64,000 bases of DNA from positions 1,054,001-1,118,000 of the forward strand of contig OZ037841.1 of NCBI GenBank assembly GCA_964035575.1. Direction: 5' to 3'. Positions 14,301 to 25,356 of the stretch are shown one piece after another. Source of the DNA: Rhynchopus sp. YZ270_cl-10. Its lineage: Eukaryota. How positions within the stretch are numbered: the stretch's first letter is position 1; each line of letters starts with the position of its first letter. Below the pieces are notes generated by a model. That model was not told the DNA's origin and ran no database searches. It saw only the letters and a list, made by a program, of their open reading frames with translations. A program made the position numbers and the translations under genes.

Positions 14301-15773
14301 GAGTCCGCATTCAACATGCCCCCTCAGTCAGTGTTGAATGAACTAACGAAGGCAGTGGCGATGTGCTGCTGGGGCCCCACCTACCTTACCCGTTCAGTGG
14401 ATGCATTGCTCACACTCTGCCTGAAGGCGCACATGGCACACCCCCTCTCGAGTGCAATATGCCGGACGTTCAGAACTTACGCTGCCAGTGTGGAACGCAA
14501 CGACGCCATACGCCAGAGGTGCATGAACATCAGAGAGAGATACGAGACCCTGGCCGCACGGGGTACACCTATGCATGCAGTTGGTCCAGTGGGGACGGTG
14601 CTTGCCGCCTCCCGCAGATGTGGCGTGAGTTGGGACCCTGAGATGAAGACAGTGACGTCTACGTCTGCAACCGCGAAGACTACCCCCATCATCGAGATAG
14701 ACAAAGCCAAGAGGGCCCATGAAGTGCGAGTTCTGGCACGTACGGCGGTATGGGATGACCTACAGAGTAAACGCCCTACGTACGACGGCATCAACGACGG
14801 CATTGACACCCGCGCCACCAATGCCCTGTGGCGCAATCTACAATACCACGACCCCCTCAAGGCTTTCCGGATGCGACGTGTTCTGTGTGGTGGAGTCCTC
14901 TTCTGCCATCCAGATGGGCTCAAGCGCAGTGGCCTGCCCGAGGCGGACTTCAGCGATAAATGCCCCTTATGCCTCGTCCAGGTTACATGCCACACACGCC
15001 ACCTACTGTGGCACTGCAGCATAGTGCACACACCGGCATTCACTGCCCTACATGCGTCGGCCATCAGCCTCTACGGCAAGGGGCTTCCCACCTGCTTTGT
15101 GCTGCACGGCATTGTGCCCTCCAATGTGAGCAAGGTGACGGTGAAGGCGGTACAGTCTCTTCTCCTCGATGCCGTCACCACGATCGACACGACCCTCTCA
15201 AGTCCAGCGGATGTGGCCCCGGCTGTGCACCCTTGGAATCTCACATTTGCTGCCTCTAAACGGGATACCCCCTTCCGCACATATCTGACCAAGCTACAAC
15301 CTAGTTTTTCCTCCACCTATAGGGAGGCGTTCACTTTGAAAGCTTTCCTGTGGTGGGTGATTACGCTCGAGTGGAGCAAAGAACCCCGCGACGTGTCGTG
15401 TGTCGAGCTCGCGGTCGACTTCGAATTGCGCACAAGGGTCTTCCTCGCCAAACAGACCTCTAATATCCGCGAGCGTGGGCGGGCCATGCAAAGGCTCATC
15501 GTCAAGGCTAACATGCGGGCTTTAACAGCGAAACTCCGCCGCGCCCCATTCCCTGGTGTGAAGAGGGATCGTGTGCACTCCCTCCGTTCCGTCGGCGCCC
15601 CGGCGCTCATCGGATTCAGCAGACGCCCAGTGTTGTGTGCTAAAACACGTGCTTTTCTTGAATCACTAAATCATGTTGTCCCCCCTTCCCGGTCAGGGTG
15701 GGGTAATGATTGTATACCTGCTTACAGCTTCCCTGTAAACCAAACACAAGCGCAACACTCCGGGGTTCGATAA
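11343..15773 (+). CDS. Element A ORF2: 2A-like peptide + apurinic endonuclease + reverse transcriptase + CCHC finger + C-terminal domain
   Basis: APE motifs TLNC, CLQET, NVYAPS, GDLN, RIDY, SH. RT motifs LRPVTV, QHGFR, LDFAKCFD, GILQGCPLS, FADD. Finger CPLC-x8-HLLWHC. Open from the codon after the ORF1 TGA. Confidence 0.93.
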   Translation, partial: RSEKRDPESLAAHNYEQLPRECIETRPGPRHFPNQASSSSSSSSVASFSPRPFFPTSLSDTSSSSASSSSSSSSSSSSSSTDRSSSRTCCSDAENTLTITTLNCTSLQNYAHIIHDLQCDIICLQETKLTESKIFEMNDFFTTVWSPEWGPPMDGALVHGIRSPHIGERGGVATMLKRPGIMFLDTELTSSLKPSLRKRVVHTRVALGSGRLFLHVVNVYAPSGDTPRGTVASREELLHTVLVKFREALGNVPLIVCGDLNTDVERSPTLRKALANDWCDVALLGSTGDDGKPPATFTRKDSAGTRIDYILLNSVAAHAIHSCWTQSINCIPSHKSVNVRLCLSVFTESTLRYIIPKQMPELGLVANAETVGRNLLQQHNCAAALASGDIDDAWEAIALAGEEFLLLAAKAAGDTLSKGFCGRSKIPHPVLKPVCAPTRPASVGGSSPRQDQLAKFEYKLTDLIAKTESCPGGVMENPVRNAWGKVFRTAITLKLMRSEETTIPLSLERQIQILNSLLEKSKMLMNLEIRNTRLQREKQYTTKLKVDFSSERRKLTAWCMGKQGVPISALRGEDGVLTANHREMDKLLRDEWKSVFNLYDHDHPEPTLASFEQRFGSFVAHSPMSLDPLSGADLRRTLDKKGKRTDACGTDGWRSLELHAMPLCILDGFARVFNAIETNGVWPQALLTALVTLLPKGEDQSPLKLRPVTVTSAVYRLWACARLQAVQQWQEQWVHPSQHGFRPKHSTNDVLYDVFTQMEDALLGGEPLHGLALDFAKCFDRVPQGLTLDLVEKMGLHPRIMTPLRAMYAKLRRRFKLPSGVGEAYSVTNGILQGCPLSVVLINALMSVLTHCITAEVPEAFVRSFADDAYLLSRHSEASVGACLLRVEDFCRITGMRLNMAKTFAFSSLKNHKCKLKSEDNHRFRTTESLRSLGVMMYSSLRSKGRYNATVYQSAVRALSCLGATPLSFSQKVSIATSAILPSVLYESAFNMPPQSVLNELTKAVAMCCWGPTYLTRSVDALLTLCLKAHMAHPLSSAICRTFRTYAASVERNDAIRQRCMNIRERYETLAARGTPMHAVGPVGTVLAASRRCGVSWDPEMKTVTSTSATAKTTPIIEIDKAKRAHEVRVLARTAVWDDLQSKRPTYDGINDGIDTRATNALWRNLQYHDPLKAFRMRRVLCGGVLFCHPDGLKRSGLPEADFSDKCPLCLVQVTCHTRHLLWHCSIVHTPAFTALHASAISLYGKGLPTCFVLHGIVPSNVSKVTVKAVQSLLLDAVTTIDTTLSSPADVAPAVHPWNLTFAASKRDTPFRTYLTKLQPSFSSTYREAFTLKAFLWWVITLEWSKEPRDVSCVELAVDFELRTRVFLAKQTSNIRERGRAMQRLIVKANMRALTAKLRRAPFPGVKRDRVHSLRSVGAPALIGFSRRPVLCAKTRAFLESLNHVVPPSRSGWGNDCIPAYSFPVNQTQAQHSGVR

Positions 15774-15826
15774 CCCGCGGAGTGTCAGTGCCTGCGTCCC
15801 AGAGGCGTTTGCACTATCAACTTCAC
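15754..15826 (+). repeat. Family-A 3' terminal double hairpin (other copies ~9190, 24100, 29004, 41893, 42271, 50124, 53301)
   Basis: ACACTCCGGGGTTCGATAACCCGCGGAGTGT-C-AGTGCCTGCGTCCCAGAGGCGTTTGCACT-ATCAACTTCAC overlaps the ORF2 stop. Parts of it recur near-identically elsewhere in the window. Confidence 0.85.
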
Positions 15827-16543
15827 TTTTATGTGTGTTTTGCACTAACAACTTCCATTTCTATTTTTAGCCACTTACACCAATGACTAACTGGTGCATA
15901 TACCAAAAAAATGTGCACCTGTTTTTCCTTCTTCTTTTCTTTCATTTTGGTTGAAATACAAAAACCCAAAATGGAAAATTAAAAAAAAACGGAAAACTCG
16001 CAACAAAACTTAAGTAACTTCCAACACAGAAAACCCATGCAAAGCCTCACCCCTATAATTTTCCTTCTCCTCCCTCCTCCCTCCACACAACCATCTTTGG
16101 AGTGTAACTCAAAATATTCTTCCCTCTCTCCACAGAAGCACACGACACAACACACACACACACAAACAAAAGTGGGCCATACTCCGTTCAGGCGTTACCC
16201 ACTCTAAACCCGTTATCAAACACACACACAAATCTCTATTTACCCCCCCTTTTCTTTCCTCCGCCCAAATGCCAAACCTGTGTCCCACCCCCAGCTAGCC
16301 GACCTATAGTCAAAAGAACGACCAAAAAAACCCCAACACTTTTTTAAGTGTTGTTCTACTACTGAGCGTACAAAAAAGGGAGGACTTTTGGATTTATTAT
16401 CATAAAACGACCAACAGCACTTGCTCTCTCTCTTTCTTAGGTTCATCTTATTAAATTGTTTTCTCAACCATTTTCTAACCTTACTCTGTCTTAGGTGACT
16501 AAGCACACGGCTTTTGTACGTTTATCTTCCGACTTCTCCTTTT

Positions 16544-18342
16544 ATGGTTCTCGCACGCGCATCTGGTCGGCAGGAATGTGCGTCATGCAGTACTAGCAGC
16601 TCCGACCTCCGTCCCTGTACAGGATGCTATGTTGTGTGGTACTGCAACGAAACCTGCCAAGCCGCACACTGGCGCAGCCACCAGGCAAAATGCCTCGCCC
16701 ACAGCAGCACACCGCCCCCACCCCCACCACAACCCAAAGCCAAACGCCCCCGCAAAAAAAGCTCGAAACGGAAAATCCCAGACTCCCCCGACCCGCCCGC
16801 TTCCTCCTCCTCCGTCATCGACAAAGGCCGGCAGGTCTTGGTACACCGCGCTACCACTTCTGCGGTGGTGGCTGGGGTGGTTGCGTTGTGTTCTTCCTCC
16901 ACCTCGTCACCTTCACCTCCTCCGTCACCTCGTTTCGAGGTGTCTGAACCGAGAACTCCACCTACACCACCGAAAACGCCAGAGCACGGAGACAGTCCAG
17001 GGGTGGCAACAACACAGTGGCGTGCTGTATGGTGTGCCGCGCATGCGAGATATCTGTATCTTAGTCCAGATGGATCGGTCGGATGGGTACTCCCATCAGG
17101 CGCCGAGGTTGAGGCTGCGTACGATGCTTCCTTGCTCCCTCCGGTGTCGTTGCTGCCCCCGATCCCACAGCTTTCGGTGGAGGCTGAGTCGCAGCCGGAT
17201 GAGCTGGGGGCAACGTTCAGCGGTCTCCTTGCCGAGGCGATCTCGTGCACCGTAGGGGTAGCGCATGAAGCCGCTGTGCCAATGGGTGAGAGAAAGGAGG
17301 TAGGGTCTACGGTGGTGATGTCTCCTGGTGGGTTTGCTCCGTTGGAGGGGATCGAAGATGGGAGCAGGACGCATTCAAGGGTGGGGAGTGATGAAGCAGC
17401 GAGGGTGTTTGTGGAGCATGGTGAGAGTGTGGATGAGGTGGACACGAATGCGCAGACGTGGGGGGATGAAGCAGGCACAATGGACTTCACCTTGATGTCG
17501 CGAGCGCCGGTGCAAGAGGTTGTGGCAGTGGCGGGAGGAAGTGCGCTGCCCACAACGTTGCCAGCAGTGCTCCTGGCGGCGGTGTCTGTGGAGAAGGAGG
17601 AAGTGGTGGCAGCAGTAGCCTGTGAGGTGGAGGTGGAGGTTAACGCGCATGAGAAGTTCAAGAGAGATGTGCAGGTATGGGGACAAAAAACAAAATAGTG
17701 GAGTTCCTCCTCGGGTGTCTGCACTAATACAAATATGCCAGATCCCTGACGATGACCTAAAAATAATGAAGTGGAATCTGGCGTTGTACTAAACCGCCTT
17801 ATTATAACACCCATTTGCTACCACAACCACCACACACACCAGGCACGTGCTGCGAAGTTCATCAGCCCCTGGGTGCGACGAGGTGATGCTGACAGTGACG
17901 TAGATGCGAGCCCTGACGCGCACGACCCACTGCGCTCAGGCGAGACGACCGTGTGTGTAGGGTCCCTGGCACGTGAGCCAGAGGCAGAGCCTGCTGCACA
18001 CAGTGCATTTGGTCTGTCGCGCCTCGTTGACGACGGCCGCAGGAAGAAGTTGGTAATCTTCGTCAGCACCCTTGCGGTATGCAGCCAAAGATGTTGTGTG
18101 TTTTGTTGTGCGATAACGGTTGTGATCAAGGTGACCACACGCTTAGGTTCATCTTATAAACTTTTCTTTTTCAGATGTAAACCTCGAAATGGATTGTAGG
18201 ACTGCATGGTTGGCACACCGGTCAATTGTACCTAGTACCCTGTTGTGTGTTTAAAAAAAATGAAACTATTCCCATCCCCACTTCTCTCCCTCAGGTTCTG
18301 GTTGCTGGTCTTGTTGTGGTGCTTGTATTTGTGCCGGTGTGA
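16544..18342 (+). CDS. MYND zinc-finger protein with WW-like segment and C-terminal transmembrane anchor (exons 16544-17674, 17843-18076, 18295-18342)
   Basis: CASC..CTGC..WYC..CQ..HW..H..C is a MYND finger. WRAVW..YLY..GWVLP is WW-like. The spliced C-terminus RRKKLVIFVSTLAVLVAGLVVVLVFVPV* is hydrophobic. Introns are GT-AG, phase 0. Confidence 0.8.
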
Positions 18343-19103
18343 CGACAATAACACGCAGCAGTACCATGATGTGCCTCTCAAGGTTGTGTGCGCGTTTCAA
18401 ACAGCATCAACGTACACTGCACTGTGCCTGCAACGTCTGTTTTCTGCCACAAGAGGGCTTTGTATCAAGTCAACTTCAAAGGACCATCGATGTTGCTGTG
18501 AACAAGCCAGCGTGCTCAACAGGCGTAAGCCCTGGTTGATAGTGCAAACCATGTCACGGCTTGTGGCCGTTACTGGTACCTTACTGTGTGCAGAAGGGAT
18601 ATCGTTGGTGCATCTTTCCCGTGTACCAACGAGATAGCGATAGTGGTAAAGATGTGTGTGCACGAGAGACACATTTCATCTTACAAGTTTTCTTTCCCCC
18701 TTACCTCGACGCCTCGCTAGCCTCTCTCTCACTCACTCTCTAACCCCAGTTCAAGCCGAATATTAACTAAAGTAAAACCGCCTTGTGTTGTATTTGTTTT
18801 CGAGCCTTCTTGTTCCTCACCCACAGCAACCCACAGCAACCCACCATGAAGAGATAGGCATACACAACAATGGAACTGGTTATCGAGGGCTTCTTTGACC
18901 ACTAAACACCTCACCCCTTTGTTAAGCAACACACACCGGCGTGGGTATCATCTTCACCACCCCCTTTTCATTTCTCTCCAGCCACGTTATTAGACTCACT
19001 TTGGCGCAGTGCTGTTTTGGGCACCCCTCGGTGTTCCCTGTGTTTGGAGGTGACTAAGCACGAGAGGCGTAGGCTCATCTGATTAACTTTTCTTTTATTT
19101 GCG

Positions 19104-21856
19104 ATGGCGGTGCGCATACACAGCAGTGAAACACCAGGCCCAGGGTCAGGGCCGCGAGGTGGAGGGCCGACCCCACCGAGCCCTGTGGCTGTGGGGCTGC
19201 ACAGAGACTCGCTTGTGAACACGGCGTGTTGTCCGGCAGTGAAGACGACGCACTTTGCCGTCACAACGACACAAAGGAAAGCATTCGTGGAGGTGCTTAA
19301 AACGGTATGGAAACACAGCTGTTGCCCCCTCCCCAAACTTGGTTGTATTGTGTAGACACCAAGGATACTCCACTTTTCGTTTTTTTTTTTAGTAAGGAAA
19401 GCGCTGGAGGAGAGAGACGTCACCCCCCGGCAAACCACCACCCCTCCCGCTCGCCCCACAAAGCTCCCTGCACCGGCCACAAAGCAGAAGAACAAGGGGG
19501 TAAAGCGGAAGATTGGGGAAGATTGGTGACGCAGAGAGGCTTCGCCTCAAGTTTCTGGACCTGTACGGCGAGGACTACTTCGGCTGGATGGCGAAGCCTG
19601 ACCGCGTGCGGCTCGCGGAGTGCACGACGCCTGAGGAGGCAGAGAAGCTCCTGGAGGATTACGGTTCGCGCTTCTCAGAACTTTTCCACACCGACCATAT
19701 AGCGGCCTGGCACAGGGATCGCTTAATGGATTCCCATGAGTTCCTGGACGCGGACTCCTGGCCGTCGGTGGAGGAAATCCGCGACGGGTCGTGGTTCATT
19801 CTGTTCGACAGGGCCATGGCCCGGCTTTACCCTCTCCAGGGGAACGCATCCGCCCAGCGGAAGAGGGACAAGTGCCTGGAAACGTTCCGTGAGTTTTGGT
19901 GGCAGGACATGCCCGACATCGAGCAGACTCTGCGCCGCCGGGGGAAAGTGGACCCCGGTATCACATATGATACTGTCTTTCCATGGATACGCATGAAAAG
20001 GAGTTCTGTGCTATTCACAGAACTCGATAGGCGACTGAGAGTATCTAACAACGACCAAAGCAAAAGAAAGTACAAGAAGAGAATAAAAAATGCAGGAAAA
20101 ATAGACAACGAGAAAAACAAAGAGATTTTGACAAAGGGACAATAAAAGTGACTAAGCACCGACCAGTCACACCTGACCGCGCTGCGCCCCTCCCTGACGG
20201 GAAATATTTCGCCTAAGGAATTACCCACATTTGCTTTCAACCCACACACACCAACAGATCGACGACACCATCTCCGCTGAGCGTACTGCAACCCGCAAAT
20301 CGATTGCCTCTTTTGCCACCCCACGCACTACTACCACTACCCCAACCACCGTCGCCGCTGTCCCACCCACCCCTACCCCACCCGAACCCACCCACGCAGA
20401 GCGCGACGCAGACCGTGTCCTTGCTGCGTACACAGAAGGGTTTGCACGCTCCGATGCTGCAGCCGAGGTGCGTGAACGGATGTACTGTGCGAAGACCGCA
20501 CGGCTCTGGAGAGGGAACGGAAGTGGGGGGGTTGAGGGGAATGCCGGATGGGAGCGGGGTGGCGGGATGGACCTTGCGGGGCATGAGGTGCTGTGTGGGT
20601 TTGGGCATACGTGCGCAGTGTTGTTGGGGGATGTGCACTGCATGAGAGACCTCCTCCGCTTGCAGTGTGCCAACGCAGACCCCATGACACCACAGACCGC
20701 TGCAACAGAGATGACAGCCTCACTCTATGCTTCCACCTCGTCCATGCTGAAGCACCTCGCCACTTCATTGTCAGCCTCCGTCGCCTCTGTGGTAGCATCA
20801 ACACAACTCAAACTCCCGGTCGACAACTGGCGTGACCTCATTTCGCTTCTCTGGCAAGAACTCAATGTCCCCCTCACTGCCTGCAAAAACGCCGACTCTG
20901 CTCACAACGCTGAACTACGGGTTGAAGCGCACCGCAAAGCTGCGATGCAAGCGTTCTTTGGAGGACGTTGCGCCGGTGGTGGGGTGCCTGCAGTGGGCGC
21001 CTCTGCTTGGAAACGCTTTCAGAGCGTACCTCACTACGTCCGCCAGGAGACACAACCTTCAGAAACACCACCACCACCCAAACCTACCCCCACTATCTGC
21101 ATCGAAGGAGTGCTCCCAAGCCCTCCTTGCACCCCAGAGGTAAAGCGAGAGGCCCCTCCACGCAAAGAAGCACAGCTGCACCAGCCGAAGGATAAGACAA
21201 AGGAGGCACTGCTACGGAGGTGGCGGCGCAGTGGTTTGCACATTCCTCGGTGTGCCATGCTTTCACCAGGGATAGGGGTAGGGGCAGGGGGAGGGGCAGG
21301 GACACCATCGTTGCTATCGGGCCCTGTGTGCAGGAGTGCGTCTCCTTCACCGACGCCGCCGCCGATGATGGGCGTGCCCTCCCCGATGTTGTCGGAGCCG
21401 TCTCGGCAGGAGGAAGTTGCGTCGTTAGCGTCGAGCATGCACAGTGATACACGGAACAGCTCAATCAGCCATGTGCCTGAGGAGAAGGCGGAGGAGGTGG
21501 TTGTGATGCCGACAGTGGAGGTGACGGTGAATACCAGGGTGCAGCATTATAGAGCAAAGCGGGCAGCAGCGTACCGCATCATGTCGCTGCAGGAGAAGGA
21601 GTGTTTCGTGCAGTTTGTGAGCACCGAGCTGCACCTCCACCTGCGCAACGTGCTCAACAACATGCGGCGTGTCGCGCACATCGCGTCACGTCGTGCGCTC
21701 TACCGCAAGTCAGGCGAATGGGTCGACACCCTCCGAGGCCAGCTGACCCACCTCATAAACCAATCCTACATCACACGAGCCGCGATCCACCAAGAACGTT
21801 GGGACAACCTTACCAAGGTAAGCTTCCTCGATGTAGGCAGGTTCGCGCAGTGCTAG
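19104..21856 (+). CDS. Hypothetical Pro-rich protein (exons 19104-19304, 20258-~21817; possible last exon 21923-21964)
   Basis: Long ORF 20231-21856 has no early ATG; the GT-AG intron 19305-20257 joins it in frame to an ATG exon. No recognisable domain. Confidence 0.55.
19391..20145 (+). pseudogene. Inserted coding fragment of unknown family within an intron
   Basis: About 250 codons of coding-like sequence starting after a T tract. Frame broken by a 10-bp tandem duplication GGAAGATTGG (19507-19526). Followed by a family-B hairpin remnant (GTGACTAAGCAC, 20148). Confidence 0.5.
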
Positions 21857-22120
21857 CTTATGAATATGGTAAATAACCATCGGTGGAGGGAAAAGGGCCA
21901 TTTCTGACAAATCCCTTTACAGGGAAATGAGGGATGTGTGTTGGGAGGTTTGCATTATAACTGATTTGGTGTTTTTATAACCCAAGAAGATTCTGAACAC
22001 CTGAACATTTCTGTCATTTTTTCAAAGTTAAACTCTCCCCTCCCACCCCTCCTTCCTCCCTCCTTCCCCCTCTCCACCTTCACAACACAGACCTGACATT
22101 TTTACCGACTGCTTTTCCCC

Positions 22121-23656
22121 ATGCGTACTCTTGCTGTACTCGGCACTGCCGTGTTGGTGTCCACAGTCACTGCACAGCCCGACGCCCATTCGTACACATG
22201 CAAGACCACATATGACAAAGCAATGGAACACATCTCACACCACCCTATGCACGTTGCGTTTAGCCGAGGGGGACACGACCTTGCGGAGGTGGTGGCCGGG
22301 TGGCTGCGTGATGTGCTGGGGTCTGCGGAGATACCCATGGCGTATGCGTACTACGCGAACGTCGACGACACGGAGGAGCCATGCACTACGAGCACGGCGC
22401 TTCCGTACCTTACGAACGGTGCCGGCCACGATGTGTGCGCTATGATTGAGTACGCCGCAGGCATCGAACAGAAGAACCTTGCAACCTACCTGCGCCACAT
22501 CCTCGACACTGCGTGCGCCTCTCGCAGTTCTGGGTGCACATCGCACAACGCAACACTCGACTGGAACCACACCGCACAGCAAACCACCGACCTAGGCTAC
22601 AAAGGGTACAACATTGTCAACACCTGGCGTAGCGGTTGTAACGGCATCTACTCACCATACAACCACTGTGACTCCATATTTGACCTCGAGATCCGCAATG
22701 CCTTAGGCGGTCAAAAGTACTACGGCTTGGGTGGCGGTGGTGGCGGCGGTGCAGGCTTCGACATCTACTGCGTCACCGAGGAGGGTGTCGAGACACGTCT
22801 CCTCGGGGGAGGTGGTGGTGGTGGGAGTGGAGTGGCAAGCCCAGAGCGGTGCAGTGTCTTCACCGCAGGAGGGGGTGGTGGTGGTGGGGTCGACATCGGC
22901 GCAGACCCGAACGCAGAGAACAACACACAGCTCGGTGCTGGGGCTGGCGGGGATGACGCAGGCGCAACCATTGGGGTGAACCCCAACACCACAGCAACCA
23001 CTTTCGCGGAACAAATGGCCCTCTCCACCATAGCTATGAAGCGCTGTGAGGCAAATGGCCACAACGTTGTCATCCGCGGGGGAGGTGGCGGCGGGGGTGG
23101 TGTCGAAGCGAACACACCCTTCCCCCTCAACAACTGCTCTGCAGAGCCTGAACAGACCAGCGCGTTTGGTGTGGGGTACGGCTTTCAATTTGTGGTTGGG
23201 AAGGGGGGGCACGCGAAGCTCATTGCAAACGCGTCGCCGAAGGAGGATGCTTATGTTGTGTGCACGAAGGATAACGGACGGTGCGACGCCTGCGTCGAGA
23301 ACGCGACTGTCACATCGTCAAACCCAGACGAGAAGAAGAGCACAACGGACTCTGTCAGCGACGCCTTCCGCTGTGCCGACGCCTACGCCAGGGGCTTCTG
23401 CGCGAAGGCCCATGCCACCAACGGCAAGCCCTACACCACCTACGCACACTACACCGAATGCAACTGCCCCGTCTCCCGCCACTACCTCCACCAGCACCTC
23501 CCGAACGACCCCATGTGGGCACACGTGCGCACCGGGCAGTGCGTCTACCCGCCTCTCTCACCAGACGCTCTCCCCGAGGTCTCCGTAGAATTCATCAAAC
23601 AACACCCCCATTGGATTCCTGCAACCCCAGTGAACTGCTCGAAGTTGGTGCAGTGA
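22121..23656 (+). CDS. Secreted glycine-rich, Cys-containing protein
   Basis: N-terminal signal peptide; four poly-Gly blocks (for example GGGGGGGAG); Cys-rich C-terminus; intronless, 511 aa. Confidence 0.75.
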   Translation: MRTLAVLGTAVLVSTVTAQPDAHSYTCKTTYDKAMEHISHHPMHVAFSRGGHDLAEVVAGWLRDVLGSAEIPMAYAYYANVDDTEEPCTTSTALPYLTNGAGHDVCAMIEYAAGIEQKNLATYLRHILDTACASRSSGCTSHNATLDWNHTAQQTTDLGYKGYNIVNTWRSGCNGIYSPYNHCDSIFDLEIRNALGGQKYYGLGGGGGGGAGFDIYCVTEEGVETRLLGGGGGGGSGVASPERCSVFTAGGGGGGGVDIGADPNAENNTQLGAGAGGDDAGATIGVNPNTTATTFAEQMALSTIAMKRCEANGHNVVIRGGGGGGGGVEANTPFPLNNCSAEPEQTSAFGVGYGFQFVVGKGGHAKLIANASPKEDAYVVCTKDNGRCDACVENATVTSSNPDEKKSTTDSVSDAFRCADAYARGFCAKAHATNGKPYTTYAHYTECNCPVSRHYLHQHLPNDPMWAHVRTGQCVYPPLSPDALPEVSVEFIKQHPHWIPATPVNCSKLVQ

Positions 23657-25356
23657 GAAGAATAGGAGAAGAGAACGGAGAAAAGTGCGATGTTTGTGGG
23701 GCGGAAAATAAACGCGGTGTGGGGTTTGTGTGTCCTCACGTTGCCCGAAGAAGGGGATGGGGGGAAAGGTGGAGAGTAATGAGAACCGAGGGGTCCACAT
23801 CTTTTGTGGGTTGTTCGATATAAAAAAAGGGAAGGAGTGGGGTACTGACAACTTGGTTCCAGAACAGAGATGCCTGCAATTGGCGTTCTATGATGGGTAC
23901 AACCAGTTAAAGGTGAATAGGCTTGCGTGGCATCGTGGGTCAGTCGGAGGTGCCTGCATCAATAAGTACCATTTTTTTTTGTGAAATATACGTTTTTGTT
24001 CTTTCTTTCAGTGCCCTGCTGTCCGCTAGATGAACGGTGCTGCGTTTTGCACTGCCAGCTTCTCTTTCTGTTCTCTTTTCTCTTTTCCCTTGCACATTTA
24101 GTGCCTGCGTCCCAGAGGCGTTTGCACTCAACATATTATTTTTCCCTTTCCCCCGTCCTTGTCATACTCTTTCTTGTGAAGGGAACGAGTACACAATGAT
24201 TTGTAATTTTTTTTCAACTCCTTTTTTGCAATAAATCACGAAATGGATGTAGGGACAACGCACGGTTACGGGCCCATCCGTCACCCCCGATGTTCTGGTC
24301 ATGCACCAAAGGTTTGCAATGTCAGGAGAGGGCTTTTTATTTTATGCCATATTTGACTATTTCATCTTTCTCTCTTTTTATTAGGGAAAACGAAGCAAAA
24401 CAGAGGCTTTTGGGTTTGGATTTTCTGAACTTCTCTTTACAGTCAAAAAGGCCATAATTAAGGCGGGGGGGATTTTATTTTTTTTTGCCCCGCTCTCCGT
24501 TGCTTCTTCGTCCTTCATCGGAATTCCAATCAAATGTTTTTCCCCCCGCTGCAGTATTGCGTAAGGCAGCAGATAACAATTAATCTTCACAGGTAACCCA
24601 CGCAACGAGTCATTATTCGGGAGTGAATCTTTTGTGATGACTTTGTTCTCTTCTTTGAATGGAAAGTATATGAAAGTGATAGTAAAGTGTTGTGTGGCCC
24701 ACTACCCCTGTCCACCCCACTACACACACGGCGGTGAAGTAAAAAGGACTTGGCTTGTAGTTTCACTGTTGGCTTACAACGGTGAAACCATAAGTCAAGT
24801 CTTGTACTTCCTTCCTTCATTCTTCGTGCAATGCGTAATAAATCCCCCTCTCCCCATCCCTCACGCGATAACGATTCTTGCCAGACCTTTTCCCCCTCAA
24901 AATTTGTTGTTTTTTTCCCCTCCTCCTCTCTCTCTCCAGTGGTTTTACAGCAGTTTCTAAAGCCAAAACCCCACCGAAAATTCGTTTTTATTACACCCAC
25001 ACACAGTTTTTTTCCCTTTCAAGCTGCCACAAACGTGCCACGTGCAACAACAAAAAAAGGCGACAGTTCGTCCACACACCCAACTCCTTGTCCCCCCATC
25101 CCATCTCCGATTTCTTCAGGGGTTTCTTCTCTTCCGCCTCGACTACCTTGCTTAGCCGCATAAGAAACATTATTCTGTGATGCGAACACCATGCGTCACC
25201 TGGTGGTGTAACGTTACGTTACGCCGACAACACCACAGTCAAGCAATCCCTCCCCTCCTCTCATCCTCACCTCCACAAGGTCCCTTGCTCCCTACTTTCC
25301 TCCCATTTTCCCCTTTCTTTTTCCTCTATTTTTGAGTTTTTTTTTTTCTCTTCACA

